This document shows positions 23,721-37,808 of a DNA stretch of 64,000 nt, one piece after another (positions within the stretch are counted from its first letter, which is position 1; every line of letters begins with the position of its first letter). The notes under the pieces were generated by a model. That model saw only the letters and a list, made by a program, of their open reading frames with translations. It ran no database searches and was not told where the DNA came from. A program made the position numbers and the translations under genes. Source of the DNA: Macrostomum hystrix (Eukaryota; Animalia; Platyhelminthes). The stretch lies in the NCBI GenBank assembly GCA_950097015.1, contig CATNEN010000001.1, forward strand, positions 23,994,001 to 24,058,000. Direction: 5' to 3'.

Positions 23721-25714
23721 AAACAGTAAGTTTTTATTAAGTAACAACACGGATATAAAATGAAATCAAAGATGTCAGCATGTAATTAATATAACTTATA
23801 TGCAAAAACCAAAATCAAATACTAGTTTTATTCCGTCTCATTTCCACATTAGCTAAATTTCGCATGCTGCTATGTAATGGCATTGCGTTTGTGTTAAGTG
23901 GCCTAGGCAAATCTTGGATAGCAGATAAATTGACAAGATAAAAACGATAGGCAGACATTTTAAACAAGGCTGCTATGTACTAATAATGCCATTAAAATAT
24001 AGATGAGAAAGTGAAATAAAACGAAAGCCAACTCTCCAATAGTTTAGAACATGCTGAGGAGAAAAAAATGTTTAAATATCAAACTTGCTTTCTAAAAAAA
24101 TGTAAAGCCAAAAACTAATTTACACAGGCGTAACAAAAAGTTATTTAAAAATAATTCAACTGGGCTTTTGGAGTTGCAACAAAAAGATTTGCCACTAAAG
24201 CACAATCACTCAGCAACAGTTAGCAGCAGTAGCAGAAGCAGAATTTTTTTAAGCAAGCAATAAATTCAAGTTATTCAAATTCATAATTCGGAAGACAAAA
24301 ATACCTAAGACATCATAATTCAATGAGTTAAAAAGTAATTGAGATACACTTATAAAGCTATTCGTTTAGGAGATTACTGACGGTAGTCTTAACGTCGAGA
24401 AAACATTGCCGATATGTATTGAAAAACGAAATCAATGAATGTTTAGTTTTTAATACTTTTTAGTTTATCTTCAACAAATTCATAATAATCAATAAATTGA
24501 TCATTAATAACTGTTTGCAAGGAATTCTATAAAATGGTTAGAGAGCAGAATGTGCTTTAATTCGATGCTAAATTTAATGCTTACCGTTATAAATAATAGA
24601 AAAATATATGCAGACAGAGATTAAGAGCAGAAGAAAAAATAAAAAAAAATGAGGATATATGCATTGGAAAACCCTATTGCAGCTGACACACTGGGCTTAT
24701 GAATAGATTCATTGTTTATGGATAATCAACATAATTATTTTATATATTGTTTTTAATGCAAGGTGTTCAACACGCCGGTAGAAGAGAAAAAAAATATTCG
24801 GATGTTTAGAAACAATTTTCAGCATTTGTGTACATTAGCAACAATTCTGGCTGACTAGACACAGAAATATGTGCATGTCTATTCAACTAATGTAGTAGGC
24901 CTGCCACAAAAAGAAAAATTAGAAAGAGTTTATTCGACTAGCACAGATTTTTGTGACGGCCATAAGTAACAAAAGCTATAATATAATAATATCTGGCACC
25001 AGAGTTTCAAACAACATCACTTCGCAACTGAAAACAATAGTACATACTTAATTCTAATGATAAACATCGTTGTAGAACAATTTCGATTCAATTCAGACTA
25101 CTTCCAGGGGTATCATACGGAAATTTCCTATTTAAATAAACCTAAATGAGGAAGACGGGTTCAAAATAGTTATTAAAGACAATAAAATTGTCTATAGTTG
25201 AGAGTACATTGTCATGCGTATTGCAATTTTTGTGAAAATTTGAGTAAAAAATGTGAGTATCATTTAAACTGCGTGCCTTCCGGTGAGCAGCAGAGGAAAG
25301 AACACTCATTACAGCATTACAGACAGCATTACAGACAGCATTACAGACAGCATTACAGTGGATTGTCGGGCAACATATTACACAAGCCTAATTAAATATG
25401 ATCTAGCAGTTTATAAATAAATTTGACTAAAACACGTTTAGTCTCCGATAAAATTCAGCACACCTGTTGTTTAGCTAGCAATTGAAGTGGTAAATAAATA
25501 ATGTAGCAATTTTCATGTCAAGAAGCCGAGAATAACTGATGAGATTTCACTGAAATTCTCAAACAAATCTTTAAGAGTCCTTTAACTCAAGTTTTTACAA
25601 AACTTATGGATTAGGACATGTAGGGATTTTTAAATTAAGGGATTTTATTTTCATTTTATTTTATTTAACGATAATGAAAATTAAGCACTACGATATTGTG
25701 ATTTTTTAGTTAAG

Positions 25715-26070
25715 GATCTGTGAAATTTCGGAATTGTGAAATTTAGGGATTATGAAATTCAAGGATTGTGAAATTAAGGTTCTGTGAAATTTAGGGATTA
25801 TGAAATTCAGGGATCGTGAAATTTAGGGATTATGAAATTCAGGGATCGTGAAATTTAGGGATTATGAAATTCAGGGATTGTGAAATTTAGGGATTGTGAA
25901 ACTTAGGGATTGTAAAATTTAGGGATTATTAAATTTAGGGATTATGAAATTCAGGGATTATGAAATTTAGGGATTGTGAAATTTAGGGATTGTGAGATTT
26001 AGGGATTGTGAAATTTAGGGATTATGAAATTTAGGGATTATGAAATTTAGGGATTATAAAACTCAGGGAT
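25715..26070. repeat. 16-bp degenerate minisatellite (atttagggattgtgaa)n just 3' of the Abl stop
   Basis: Direct tandem periodicity. Confidence 0.85.
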
Positions 26071-26130
26071 AAGGAAAAGCAAAAAACGGTGCTCATAAAA
26101 ATTTAAGGGACTTTATTAAAATTCCAAATA

Positions 26131-26751
26131 TCACCGCTTCAAAATCTGCTGCAGCTCAGTGAAGTCCGCGCGAAGACATTCCAGCATCGACGGCACCTGG
26201 GCGTCTTCGGGTGAGTCGCCACCCAGACGACGAAACTCGGCCAGGCGCGAAGGCAGGCTGTCGGGGCTGCCGTCGCATGAGCCGCGAAATCCGCAGGCCG
26301 TCATCAACCGGCTGAGCCAATCCGATGCGGCCTCCTGCGACTGCTGCTGCTGCTGCTGTCTGACAAACTGGCCTAGCAACCTGAGTCCCGTATCAGCTTG
26401 GTCACACAGGTCCTGAACATCGGACTGGGTGAGCGGGAACAGGCCCAGAAGGAAGTCGCAGCCGCAGATGAGCTCGTTGATTGCTGATAAAACTTCTTCT
26501 CGACTGGGCGACGTACGGTGAGGCGACTGCTGAGGCTTCAGCTGCTGCTGCTGAGAATTTGAGAGCCGGAGCGGCTGCCGATCAATCGACGAGGAGGCTG
26601 AAGAAGATGAAGCTCGCTGCTGCTGCTGCTGGCGACTCCTCCTGCTGCGAGATTTGCCGTTTCCGGTGCTGGTACAGGCTGTCCAGGACTTCCTCTGCTG
26701 CTGCTGCTGCTGTTGGTGATTGACAAAGTCTTCAGTTAGAGACTGCCGCAA

Positions 26752-26787
<36 letters not shown>

Positions 26788-29700
26788 AGAGGCAACGCGG
26801 CGCATTCCAACAGGCGGGCTGGACTGACAGGCGACCGCAGTCTTCAGGGCAGGCGGAGGCGGCGGATGCAGGGACTCGCGCGAGGAAGTGTTGGACTCCG
26901 AGCTGCCACCAGTGTCGCTAGGCGTGGTGGCAGCATCGCCGCCAGCCAGCTGGTGTCGACGATGCCGACGATGTCGATGCTTTCTAGCCGGAAGTAGGCC
27001 AGGTCGACTGGCTAGTCGCAGCTGCTGCTGTTGCTGCAGCCATGACGAGGCGGAAGCGGCGTCGCTGTCGTTGGTTCCATTGTTGACATCGCTGACATTG
27101 GCAGGCAGGGCGGCCTCGGCCGGAGTGCTGACACTGCGGCTGTGGGCCACGACTGCAGAGGAAGCGACTCCGACGACTTGCTCGGCGACTGCAGCCTGGT
27201 TGGCGCTGCTCAATGAGGTTTTCATCCTGCCGGGATGCTGTAAGCCAGCCGGCACCGCCGCCAGGGAGCTCTGCGGCTGCTGGCGCTTGCTGACACCTGT
27301 CATCGAGATATTAATGATGGCGATTTTTAAGTCGAGAATATCCCACCGATATGTATTGAAACACTTGAAAATGAAGTGCTTTATAAGTATTTTCGCGTGA
27401 GACGCTCTTCTGTTCCCCTTTGCTAAGAAAGCAACAACAGGTAACAATGTACAGGTAACCTGAACCTGAACCTGTCTCACCTGGACAGGTAACAATGGAG
27501 GTCTGCTGCACAGGGCCAACGCCTCTTCTTCTACGAGTTGGCGCCGAGTTTGGATGCTGGCCGGATCCGGTGGAACTCATGTCTGGCGGCTCTTCGTCAA
27601 CAGCGATCGGAGTTCTGCGGTGCTGCTGCTGCTGATGCTGCTGCTGATGCCGGCTTATGTGACTACGGCTGGAGCTGGTTGAGCCGCTGTGATGACTGGC
27701 GAGATCATCCGGATTGCTAGCCAAGCCTGAGGCGACTGAAGCGACCGCTGCGATTGACCGGGTGGTTGATGAGGGAGAGCTGGGTTCAAGGCTTCGATCA
27801 GTAAATATCAGGAGAACAAGCAATACCAATTTATATATATAATAGTTGCAGGAGGGCTGCGGGCAGTGGCAAATCATTTGGTGATACTAGACCCGCAGCC
27901 AGCGAGGAGGCAATTCTGCCCATTTCGCTGACTCCTGAGCACACACGCACACAGATACTGTACGCAGGCACACGCTCACACAGGTGTGTACATCTGCCCT
28001 GACTTTCTCATCGTCAGGCAGTGTACACTTCACTGTGGTTAGCCCTCAAGGGCGTGTAAATTGCACGACAAGCCCCCAAAGCCTTCTCTCCGCGGCTGCG
28101 CCTCAAATAAATGTGGCCTCGCCGTGGAATCGAACTTAAGGACCTTGGCGCGAGAGGCAACGCGATAACCGCTCTGCCACCGACCCCCCATCAATACCAA
28201 TTATAAATAGTTAATATTAATACTATTATGGGTCAGTTCTAGCAAGCTAACAGTTGCAACGCTAGTAACGTACATAGTATTGAATTTTCTTTCAGACATC
28301 TAAACATCAATAGTTCAATATTCAATAGGAAACTAAGTTCACCTAAATTTAGTATTTGGAAACTAAGTTCACCTAAATTTAGTATTTGGAAACTAAGGTC
28401 ACCTAAAATTAGTATTTGGAAACTAAGTTCACCTAAATTTAGTATTTGGAAACTAAGTTCACCTAAATTTAGTATTTGGAAACTAAGGTCACCTAAAATT
28501 AGTATTTGGAAACTAAGTTCACCTAAAATTAGTATTTGGAAACTAAGGTCACCTAAAATTAGTGTTTATAAACGTTTTTTGAATCGTTTTGTTCTCGTTC
28601 TCCTAGAATCGTACAGCTTAAATAGATTAATTCTCGACCAAAGCTACGTGACAACAGAATATTATGGTATGGCTGGTTAACTTGAGGATAAAAAGCAGAA
28701 TGAGAAATATTACAATAGCAATAATATTTTCAATAGGAAATTATGACAACAGAAAGTTCTAAGCGAAAATAAATCTAAAGCTTGCATAAGGCAATGCACT
28801 ACAACAGAATTTAAACTGTACTGGACAATGGCGCAGCGCGGGCCCCGCTGCTGCACAGGTACATTGCTGAGGGCGCGTCTGTCTGCATGCAGCAGCTGAC
28901 TTTGCTGACTTCCGCTGCATCTGCTAGTCCAGCCTCAGCAATGCCCTGCTGCTGCTGCTGCTGCTGCTGCAAGTCTAGAGCTGCCATTTCTGGAACATTT
29001 TTATATCAAGCATGGGAAAAATGCTTAAAAAATTTCAGAGAAATAATTTAAATTATTGATTAAACCTGCCACAATTCGGCCAGAAGATTTCCACAACGTG
29101 AGTATCATGCTGAGATCTTAATGCTAAATCATAAAAAATCCCTAAATCGATGATTCTGCCAAGATATTTTAATCCTAAAAATCCTAAATCCCAGAACGTG
29201 GCGATCACGATTTAGGATTTGCTAACCTAATCGTATCAAATCCGAAAAATTGAGGATAATCTGCCATGCGATTTTAATCTCGGTACTCTAAAATCATGAA
29301 ACTTTAAGATCCGGATGTCGGGCCTCAATCCAAAGTAGCCCAAATCCCAAAAAAACTTGATTTTGTTGAAGGATTTTAGCCAGATTCGTCTAAAATTTAG
29401 GGATCTGAAAAAGTAATTATTATTCTCTAAACGTGAGGAAACGGATAAAAAAAGCAGAAAGACACACCGCCAAAGTCGTCTCTCATGCCGCTGGCACCAG
29501 AGCCTTGCTGCTGCTGCAGGCAGCCCTGATTGCACAGCGCGGTGAGTTCATCGTGCAACTGGCCGAACGAGGGCCGCCGCTCCGGCTCCCAGAGCCAGCA
29601 GAGACGCATCAGCTGATAAACGGAGTCCGGACAGCCTGTCGGCTTGTCCATTCTGTAGCCACTCTCTAGCAGCTGATAGACCTGAGATAGTATGTGCTTG

Positions 29701-32700
29701 TTATGTATATTTTTTTTATCATTGATTATCACTGGCATTGCAGGCTTTTCGAGACAACTAATGATAAGCCATTTTGTATTAAAAATTTGACTAGCAAAGC
29801 AGCCCCTTACAGCGTATACTGAGTGATGTATTCTTTCGATTATATAAAGAGAAAAATAGTATACTAGACTAGCACAGCAGCCCCCTTACAGCGCGAACTG
29901 TCTGATACATTTTCTAGATTATATAAAAAGAGAAAAATTACTAGAATAGCAAAGCAGTTCCCTTATAGATTATACTTATAGATATAGTCTTTAGATAACA
30001 TAAAGAGAAAAATTGTATACTAGACTAGCAAAGCACCCCCTTACAGCGTATACTAAGTGAAATATTATTTTGATAATTTAAAAAGAAAAATATTATACTA
30101 GCCTAGCATACGAGCCCACCATATAGCATGCACTTTAGGTATTTTAAGGTATTTTAGAAAAAAGTTTAGGTAAAAAATACGTATTAAAAAACTCACACTT
30201 AACAGAAAGACAATTTTATATATACGATAGACATTTTACTCGAAGCGCCATTAAAATTGTAAATAGTGACTAGGTGTTAATTTTATTGGTACGACTACTC
30301 ACCTGCGTGAGCTCAATATTAGGGTAAGGCGAGCATCCGTAGGTGGCAATTTCCCACAACAGCACACCAAATGACCAAACGTCCGACTGGCTATTGAATC
30401 GATTGAAAGCCATGCTCTCAGGGGCCGTCCATTTAATAGGGAACTTAGCGCCCGGCCTAGCAATGTAGACTCCGGCTTCGCCATCCAGGCCGCGAGTCAG
30501 ACCAAAGTCGGCGACCTTCACCACCCAACCGTCGCTGACAAGGCAATTGCGGGCAGCCAGGTCGCGATGAACAAAATGATGCTGCTCCAGGTAGGTCATA
30601 CCGCTGGCCACTTGGCTGGCCATGTATAACAGCACAAACGGGCGAAGTTCTAGGCGGCGAGTGCGAAGAAAGTCTAGCAGGTTGCCGTGGGGCATGAACT
30701 CGGCGATGATGTAATAGGGCGTCTCTCTGGTGCAGACACCTGCAAAAGTTCATGCCATTTAGGTAAAGAAAACTGCAGCCAGAACAGTTACACAGAGGTT
30801 TTCTGTGCGCAACCAGACAACAAGAGCTGAAATCAAACTCACCAAACAGTTGTACAAGATTCTCGTGATGCAATTGTTTCATAACTTGCGCCTCGGCGAG
30901 AAACTCGTTCACCTTGGAGATCATCTCCTCCTGAAATTCAAGGTAAAGTTCAAAAGCAAGATAGGATCATTTTCTGATACGGAATATCATAACACTGTCT
31001 AAAGGTAACTGACTCACTATATTGGTACGGTCTACCTGTAGTAAGCAAGGTCAGCAAGGTCAGGGGGTTGCAGCCTTGTGGTTAGAGCGTCGGACTCACG
31101 ACTTGAAGGTCATGGGTTCGCTCCCTGACTCCATTTGAATGATTTGTGACCTTGAGCAAGACTTATCTCTCTTACTTATCATCATTAGTAAGCAAGGGAA
31201 AATCTTTTTTCATTCCCTTTGCTTATCTTCCTCGGAATGGGGTCGAGTCCCTGAGCTCGAATCTGCAGCGAGAACATTTTAATAATGAGGCGCAGCCGCG
31301 GAGAGAAGGCTAGCTTTGGGGATTGGGAAAACGCACGCCTAGTGACTGTGCATTGCTTAGTGTTAAAATATTAAAATAAATCATAATTCATACACTGCAG
31401 TCAGCACACAAACAAGCTACTGGACCAAACAGTGAATCGATGGGTAAGGAAAAAAGAAAACGATAAGAACAAAGTGCAGAAGAAAGCTGGCTGCAGGGCT
31501 AGAGAAACTGAGGGTCAAATATGCTAATGTGTATAGCAGTTGGGACAAGCAGGCAACACAGATGTTATAGGCCCAAAGGAAATCAGTTTGCATTGGCAGC
31601 CAATGCTTGGACGCATCAAATCGAATTGTGCCGGTGGACTGACGGGTGGATTGTAAGGAACTTCTTTTTTGCTAGGGCCGATGCTTAGTGCATGCGGTAT
31701 AGGGGGCGGAGGGCTGAAGGTCACATGGATTCGCTGGGGTTGCGATGACTCATACCCTTCGCTGGCTGCTGCTAAATATAAATAAATATATATGCATATC
31801 AACTAGACTAGTGGAACTTGTTGCCCAGTGCTAAACGATTCGGTCCTCTGACCGAGAACTCGTGAGTTCGAATCTTAGCCCAAAAGAAAATACAGCAATA
31901 AAGAACCTTACGAATTAACCATGACCCGATGAGAATGACTCCTGACCATTAAGCATGAGCCTTGACCCTATGAGAATGACTCCTGACCATTAAGCATGAG
32001 CCTTGACCCTATGAGAATGACTCCTGACCATTAAGCATGAGCCTTGACCCTATGAGAATGACTCCTGACCATTAAGCATGAGCCTTGACCCTATGAGAAT
32101 GACTCTTGACCATTAAGCATGAGCCTTGACGCTATGAGAATGACTCCTGACCATTAAGCATGAGCCTTGACCCTATGAGAATGACTCCTGACCATTAAGC
32201 ATGAGCCTTGACCCTATGAGAATGACTCCTGACCATTAAGCATGAGCCTTGACCCTATGAGAATGACTCCTGACCATTAAGCATGAGCCTTGACCCTATG
32301 AGAATGACTCCTGACCATTAAGCATGAGCCTTGACCCTATGAGAATGACTCCTGACCATTAAGCATGAGCCTTGACCCTATGAGAATGACTCCTGACCAT
32401 TAAGCATGAGCCTTGACCCTATGAGAATGACTCCTGACCATTAAGCATGAGCCTTGACCCTATGAGAATGACTCTTGACCATTAAGCATGAGCCTTGACC
32501 CTATGAGAATGACTCCTGACCATTAAGCATGAGCCTTGACCCTATGAGAATGACTCCTGACCATTAAGCATGAGCCTTGACCCTATGAGAATGACTCCTG
32601 ACCATTAAGCATGAGCCTTGACCCTATGAGAATGACTCCTGACCATTAAGCATGAGCCTTGACCCTATGAGAATGACTCCTGACCATTAAGCATGAGCCT

Positions 32701-35700
32701 TGACCCTATGAGAATGACTCCTGACCATTAAGCATGAGCCTTGACCCTATGAGAATGACTCCTGACCATTAAGCATGAGCCTTGACCCTATGAGAATGAC
32801 TCTTGACCATTAAGCATGAGCCTTGACCCTATGAGAATGACTCCTGACCATTAAGCATGAGCCTTGACCCTATGAGAATGACTCCTGACCATTAAGCATG
32901 AGCCTTGACCCTATGAGAATGACTCCTGACCATTAAGCATGAGCCTTGACCCTATGAGAATGACTCCTGACCATTAAGCATGAGCCTTGACCCTATGAGA
33001 ATGACTCTTGACCATTAAGCATGAGCCTTGACCCTATGAGAATGACTCCTGACCATTAAGCATGAGCCTTGACCCTATGAGAATGACTCCTGACCATTAA
33101 GCATGAGCCTTGACCCTATGAGAATGACTCTTGACCATTAAGCATGAGCCTTGACCCTATGAGAATGACTCTTGACCCGCTGAGCATGACTCTTGACCCT
33201 CTAAGTATGATTCTTGATCCTTTGAGCATGACTATTGACCACTTTTGGGATGACTAAGTCTCTAAACCCTTGAGCATGACCCTCTGATGCTTAACACTCA
33301 CCCGGACAGTCTTGACCGCCACCATCTGGTTGCCCCATCGTTTCCAGACAGCCTGATAGACATCGCCGTATTGGCCAGCGCCCAGCTTGTTGTGCAGCAG
33401 CAGCTCTGTGCGGTCAACCTCCCACAGGTCCTCCTGCTGGCTGCGGCAGGCTGTGCGCTGCCTCTTGGGCGCCGGGTAGAGCAGGGCGCACATCAGGCCG
33501 TCGGCCCGCTGCGAATGGTGCTGCACCAGCTGGCACACGGTGGGGAAAGCGTGCTCGGAGATCACAAAGTACAAATCGCCATTGTTTGTTTCCGACCTGC
33601 TGATCCGATAGTGAAACACCTGCGATTTGTGGGGGCCGGACACTCATATGTTACAGATGGCGCATTCACCCTGAATTCTGGGTAGAATCTTGACCCATTG
33701 AGCCTGCTTTCCTCACCGACTGAAACTTTTCTCCATGGCTGAGAGTCGAGCTCCAGACCTATAAGTTAGGAGTCCAAAGCTACAAGCTCCACAGTGACAC
33801 CCAGCTTCTGAATTGACTCAAGCAGCCCCTGGCTCCTTTCTAATATTGAGTCCCAAGTCAATCTCTATACTGTAGCTTGTCTCCCCAGCCTCATCACTCA
33901 CCAGTCTCATCTCTCCCTTGTCTTATCCCTCCCCAGTCTCATCTCCACAGTCTCATCTCCCCAGTCTCATCTCTCCAGTCTAATCTCTTTCCAGTCTCAT
34001 CTCTCCCCAGTCTCATCTCTCCCCAGTCTCATCTCTCCTTAGTCTCATCTCTCCACAGTCTCATCTCTCCCCAGTCTCATCTCTCCAGTCTCATCTCTCC
34101 CCAGTCTTATCTCTTCTCTGTCAGTCTCTCTTCCCACTGTCTCCTCTTTTGGATTCTCTCTGTCGCCTTTTTTCAAAGATAACTTTGCCGACTCCATTAA
34201 AAAAATTCTGAATACTTTGAGCTACTCATTTTCAGTGTGAAAAATGAGTCAACTGAGACAGACTCCAGAAAGTCAGTTGAATATCTTAAAAGGTCAAACA
34301 TAAATGCCATTGACTAATCTCCAAAGGCCCGGCAACCAACGGCAGGTGCGGTGGCGGCACCCCCATCCAACCCCATTAGAGAAAGTAAGTCACAGATGGA
34401 CAGCGCGGACCTTGCTGTTGTAGCGCACACTGATGCTCATCTGGCCAGGCTCTGATTCGCTGTCCCGCACCAGGTAGCTGCCGTTGATGCCGGAGCTCAG
34501 CAGGTACTCGGCCTTGCGCCTGCCAACCTGGCCGTGATACCAGGCGAACAGATTCAGATTTCTAGGCGGGGCCACGTAGCTGGAGGGAACCCAACCTCGG
34601 CAGCCAGTCAGCTTATTGTCCACCTCCATCCAATGTCCAACCGAGCTGTTCAGGCCGCGGAAAGCCAGCTGTTCTCCACGGCGAATAGTCAGCTGAGACG
34701 GCTTGGTGGCAACAAAGTCGTACAGGGCAACTAGGGGCTCCCCCTCTGCTAGGCTGCCTGGCGGGTATGGCGCTGCTTGAGCTAGAATTGAGTCCGAGGA
34801 CTGCTGCTGCTGCTGTGATAGAGGCGAAACTCCAGGAAAGTTAACTGATCCTGCTGCTGCTGCTGCTGCTGCGGCTGCCAAATTCGCTGACAAGCCATCT
34901 AAGATTTGAAGAATAATAAAAAATGTAGCTTAAAGAAAGAGACTTAAAAAACACTTTTATAATTAACTTCGGTTTTGGGATCAACATTAGGTTTAACTTT
35001 TCATATGGCATTCATAAGTATTTAGGCTTGCAAACAGAAAATGTCTATTGGTGCAAAATATCTTCTTCTTAAGCTATTTGAAACTTCTAACAATTTTGTA
35101 AGTTCTCAGTTGCTTAGTTATGCTTATGCCAAAATGTGTAACAATGGTTAACAAAAATACTAGATTTAAAAGTCAATTCTCCAAAATATCTACAGCCAGT
35201 TTAAATATATAATTCTTTAACTATCAATTTAAACATATATTTTAAATTGTCTTTTTAAGTAAAATAAAAGAAAAATAATAATAAGATTGTTAATTAGGTC
35301 AATAAGGATTCAAAATAAACCAGCAATGAAGTTGGAACTCTTGAGTAAATGTATGTAACATTTCTTAAATTGCTAATTATTGGTAAACTTACTGAAAAAA
35401 TAGTTTAGTGTTATATATTAAAACACATCATGATCTCTAAAAGTTTTCTGCTTAGCTAGCATACATGCGCAACACCCAGCCGACCCAGCCGAACCGACCG
35501 GGTGAAACAAGGGCCAAGCAAGGTAAGTTGCAAAAACCAATCAACCAAGCGCAAAAAAATCAAAGGGGGACCAAGGGACAAAAAAGGAAGGCGTGAAGAA
35601 AAGGAAAAGGGGAGAGAAAAAGAGAGCAAATGAGAGCAAACTAGGTCGTAAATAGAGCACTGAAACGAACTAAGTCGCAAATGAGAGCAAAAACTAAGTC

Positions 35701-37808
35701 GCACTGCTCGCTAAGATTTGGGAGGTTGCGCATGTATGTTAGCTAGCATACATACCTTAAATGCATTATGTCAATAATATATAATTTTGGTCATTATAAT
35801 GAATTGAAAATATAATACATTTACTATTAGCTATTATTTTTATTTTCAGGGTGGCTATGGACACAGGCATATCATTTGCTGATACTAGATCCACAGCCAG
35901 TATGGAGGCAATTCTGCCCATTCCACAGACTAATAAGCATGCACAGAATTTGTATACAGTTACACAGGTGGGTACATCTGCCCTGACTTTCTCATTGTCA
36001 GGCATATATATGCACTTTTACTGAGCCTTGAAGGTTGGCCCAAAATAGCATAAATTGTAATAATAAGCCACTGAGCTTTTAGCTCAATAGCTTCACTCTA
36101 ACCAAATGAATAGGGCCCCACAATGGAATTGAGCCATAGTCAGAAAGGTGTGAAAGTGTGCATAGGAATAAATTTTGTCAAAAATGAAGTGCTGTCTGCT
36201 GCAACAACAATCTAATTTGTGCACTAGTATGTGCTAAATTAAGGCTCTAGGTAAACATCTTTGCAAAAATAAACAACATTTCAGGAATTTTCATTCTTTT
36301 GTACTGTAGCTGTACTTCCTATTTTTCTATCTAGATTGCAATAATAAAGATATTAAAATAATTGATTACACTGGCCAGCTGCAGCTCTTGCACAGCCAAA
36401 GCTATTGTGTGGTGCATCTAAAGGCTGCATAGTCTTTGGACTGGGGGGGACACCATACCCACCCTCAATTGCCCCAGCTGATGCTAGTACCAAATTAACA
36501 GTGGGTGAATTGAAGCAATGTAGAGTTAAGAGTTTTGCTGAAGGACACAAATTGTTCTAGTAGAGTCAGGTCAAAGGTTGAACCCTGACCTTCAAGCTGA
36601 GTCCACTGCACTAACCACTAGGCTACAACACCCAACTATATTTACTTTAACGTAATATATTTTAGTAATAAAGAAGAGATCAATTCTTTTCTAAGGGAAA
36701 AGTAGTGGACATCCACATACATGCGCAACACCCGGCCAACCTGGCCGAACTGGCTGGGTGAAACGAGGGCCAAGCAAGGTAAGTCACAAAAACCAATTGA
36801 CCAAGTACAAAAAATCAAAGGGGGGACCAAGGGACAAAAAAGGAAGGTGTGAAGAAGAGGAAAAAGGGGAGAGAAAAATAGAGCAAATGAGACCAAACTA
36901 AGTCGTAAATAGAGCAATGAAATGAACTAAGTTGCAACTGAGAGCAAACTAAGTCGTAAATAGAGCAAAAACTAAGTTGCACGGCTGGCTAAGATATGGG
37001 AGGTTGCACATGTATGGACATCCATATACACCAAACTTGTGTTCCATGGGAATCAAAGACCTTACTATGCAGAAGTTGTGCAACAAGTTTGCTAAGTATC
37101 CATTTGTATATACTGGTCAGAGCTTTCCATTGCAAAGGCTGCTTTCTTAACTTAAGTATAGGAATACCTTCAAGCAATAGAAAAATCATGTATTTGACGA
37201 CTCTGCAACACACCCATACATATATGATACATAACTTTATTAATATTACAAATTAGCCTTAGCCTGCCAAAGTAAAGATTTGAACTATACTTTGAGCTGT
37301 AAAGGGTAAGCAATAAGTTATTAACTAGCAATAAAAGCTTAAGGGAAGTTTAGCCTAGTAGGCCTTAACTTAAATAACAGCCTTGGTTTGAGAGTTGAAA
37401 ATTAATTAACTTTGGATTCTAAAGACAAAGTTGGGGTTGTTAGAATTTTAATAGAAACTAGGTTTTTTAATAAAGCAGCAAGAGTGCTGCAAAGAATAAA
37501 TTATAATAAAAATTTGTAAAAATATGTATTTATAGTTATATAATAGGGGGCCTACTGTCACAATTTATTTTTGTTTAGGCCCTATTTTACAAAAAAATGG
37601 CAAGTAAAAAATTGAGGGTCAATACATTTTAGAACAGGTGCTGCAACTGTATATATTTACCTTCACTGCTACTAGCACTTTTAACAATGCTACTTCCTTG
37701 GCTTGAATTGGATATTGCATTTCCGATTCCAGGTACATAGTTGTTTGTAACAAACTGCCTTTTTTCCTTCTTGGCTGATCCATCAGCCTTAGTATTCTGG
37801 GCTCCCAT
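26131..37808 (-). CDS. abl: Abl-family non-receptor tyrosine kinase (myristoylation start, SH3, SH2, kinase, low-complexity linker, C-terminal F-actin-binding-like helical domain)
   Basis: Exons 37808-37661 (MGAQNTK), 34898-34411 (SH3 [13 protein letters not shown]; SH2 [30 protein letters not shown]), 33619-33302 ([14 protein letters not shown]), 30930-30843, 30739-30303 ([23 protein letters not shown]), 29681-29468, about 28989-28822, about 27790-27481, and 27296-26131 (ends ELQQILKR). Boundaries of the two linker exons are uncertain. Confidence 0.93.
27846..28189 (-). mobile_element. tRNA-derived SINE family 1, full-length copy
   Basis: Minus-strand head GGTCGGTGGCAGAGCGG (A box)...GTTCGATTCC (B box), AT-rich tail, and caataccaatt repeated on both flanks (TSD-like). 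Confidence 0.85.
28328..28565. repeat. 30-bp minisatellite (ggaaactaagttcacctaaatttagtattt)n
   Basis: About 8 units in an Abl intron. Confidence 0.92.
31063..31165 (+). mobile_element. tRNA-derived SINE-like head, family 2
   Basis: A box (agccttgtggttagagcg), B-box-like ggttcgctccc, then gtgaccttgagcaag. A related inverted copy lies at about 36565-36635. Confidence 0.55.
31915..33285. repeat. Approximately 40-bp (two related halves) minisatellite (tgaccattaagcatgagccttgaccctatgagaatgactcc)n in an Abl intron
   Basis: About 30 units, degenerating toward the donor site at 33301. Confidence 0.96.
33880..34125. repeat. Pyrimidine-rich repeat (cagtctcatctctccc)n
   Basis: Visible tandem reiteration. 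Confidence 0.85.
35460..35738. mobile_element. MITE with 8-bp TSD (hAT- or P-like), copy 1
   Basis: TIR CATACATGCGCAAC...GTTGCGCATGTATG; TSD ttagctag at 35452-59 and 35739-46. Confidence 0.9.
35850..36140 (-). mobile_element. Degenerate copy of SINE family 1
   Basis: Shares gaggcaattctgcccatt and gtacatctgccctgactttctcat with the full copies. Confidence 0.65.
36716..37016. mobile_element. MITE with 8-bp TSD (hAT- or P-like), copy 2
   Basis: Same TIRs and body as copy 1; different TSD, gacatcca, at 36708-15 and 37017-24. Confidence 0.9.

Noticed and set aside
25715-26070. Interstitial telomeric repeat
   Set aside because: TTAGGG occurs only once per 16-bp unit, not as a hexamer array.
27985-28030. 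Hammerhead ribozyme suggested by CUGACGA..GAAA in the SINE (minus strand)
   Set aside because: No room for stems II and III; the bases form a simple hairpin instead.
31063-31140. Functional tRNA gene (also at about 31815-31880)
   Set aside because: A/B boxes are present but there is no convincing acceptor stem or poly-T terminator; better explained as SINE heads.
22320-33200. CRISPR-like appearance of the roughly 40-bp arrays
   Set aside because: No unique spacers, no cas genes, and a eukaryotic context.
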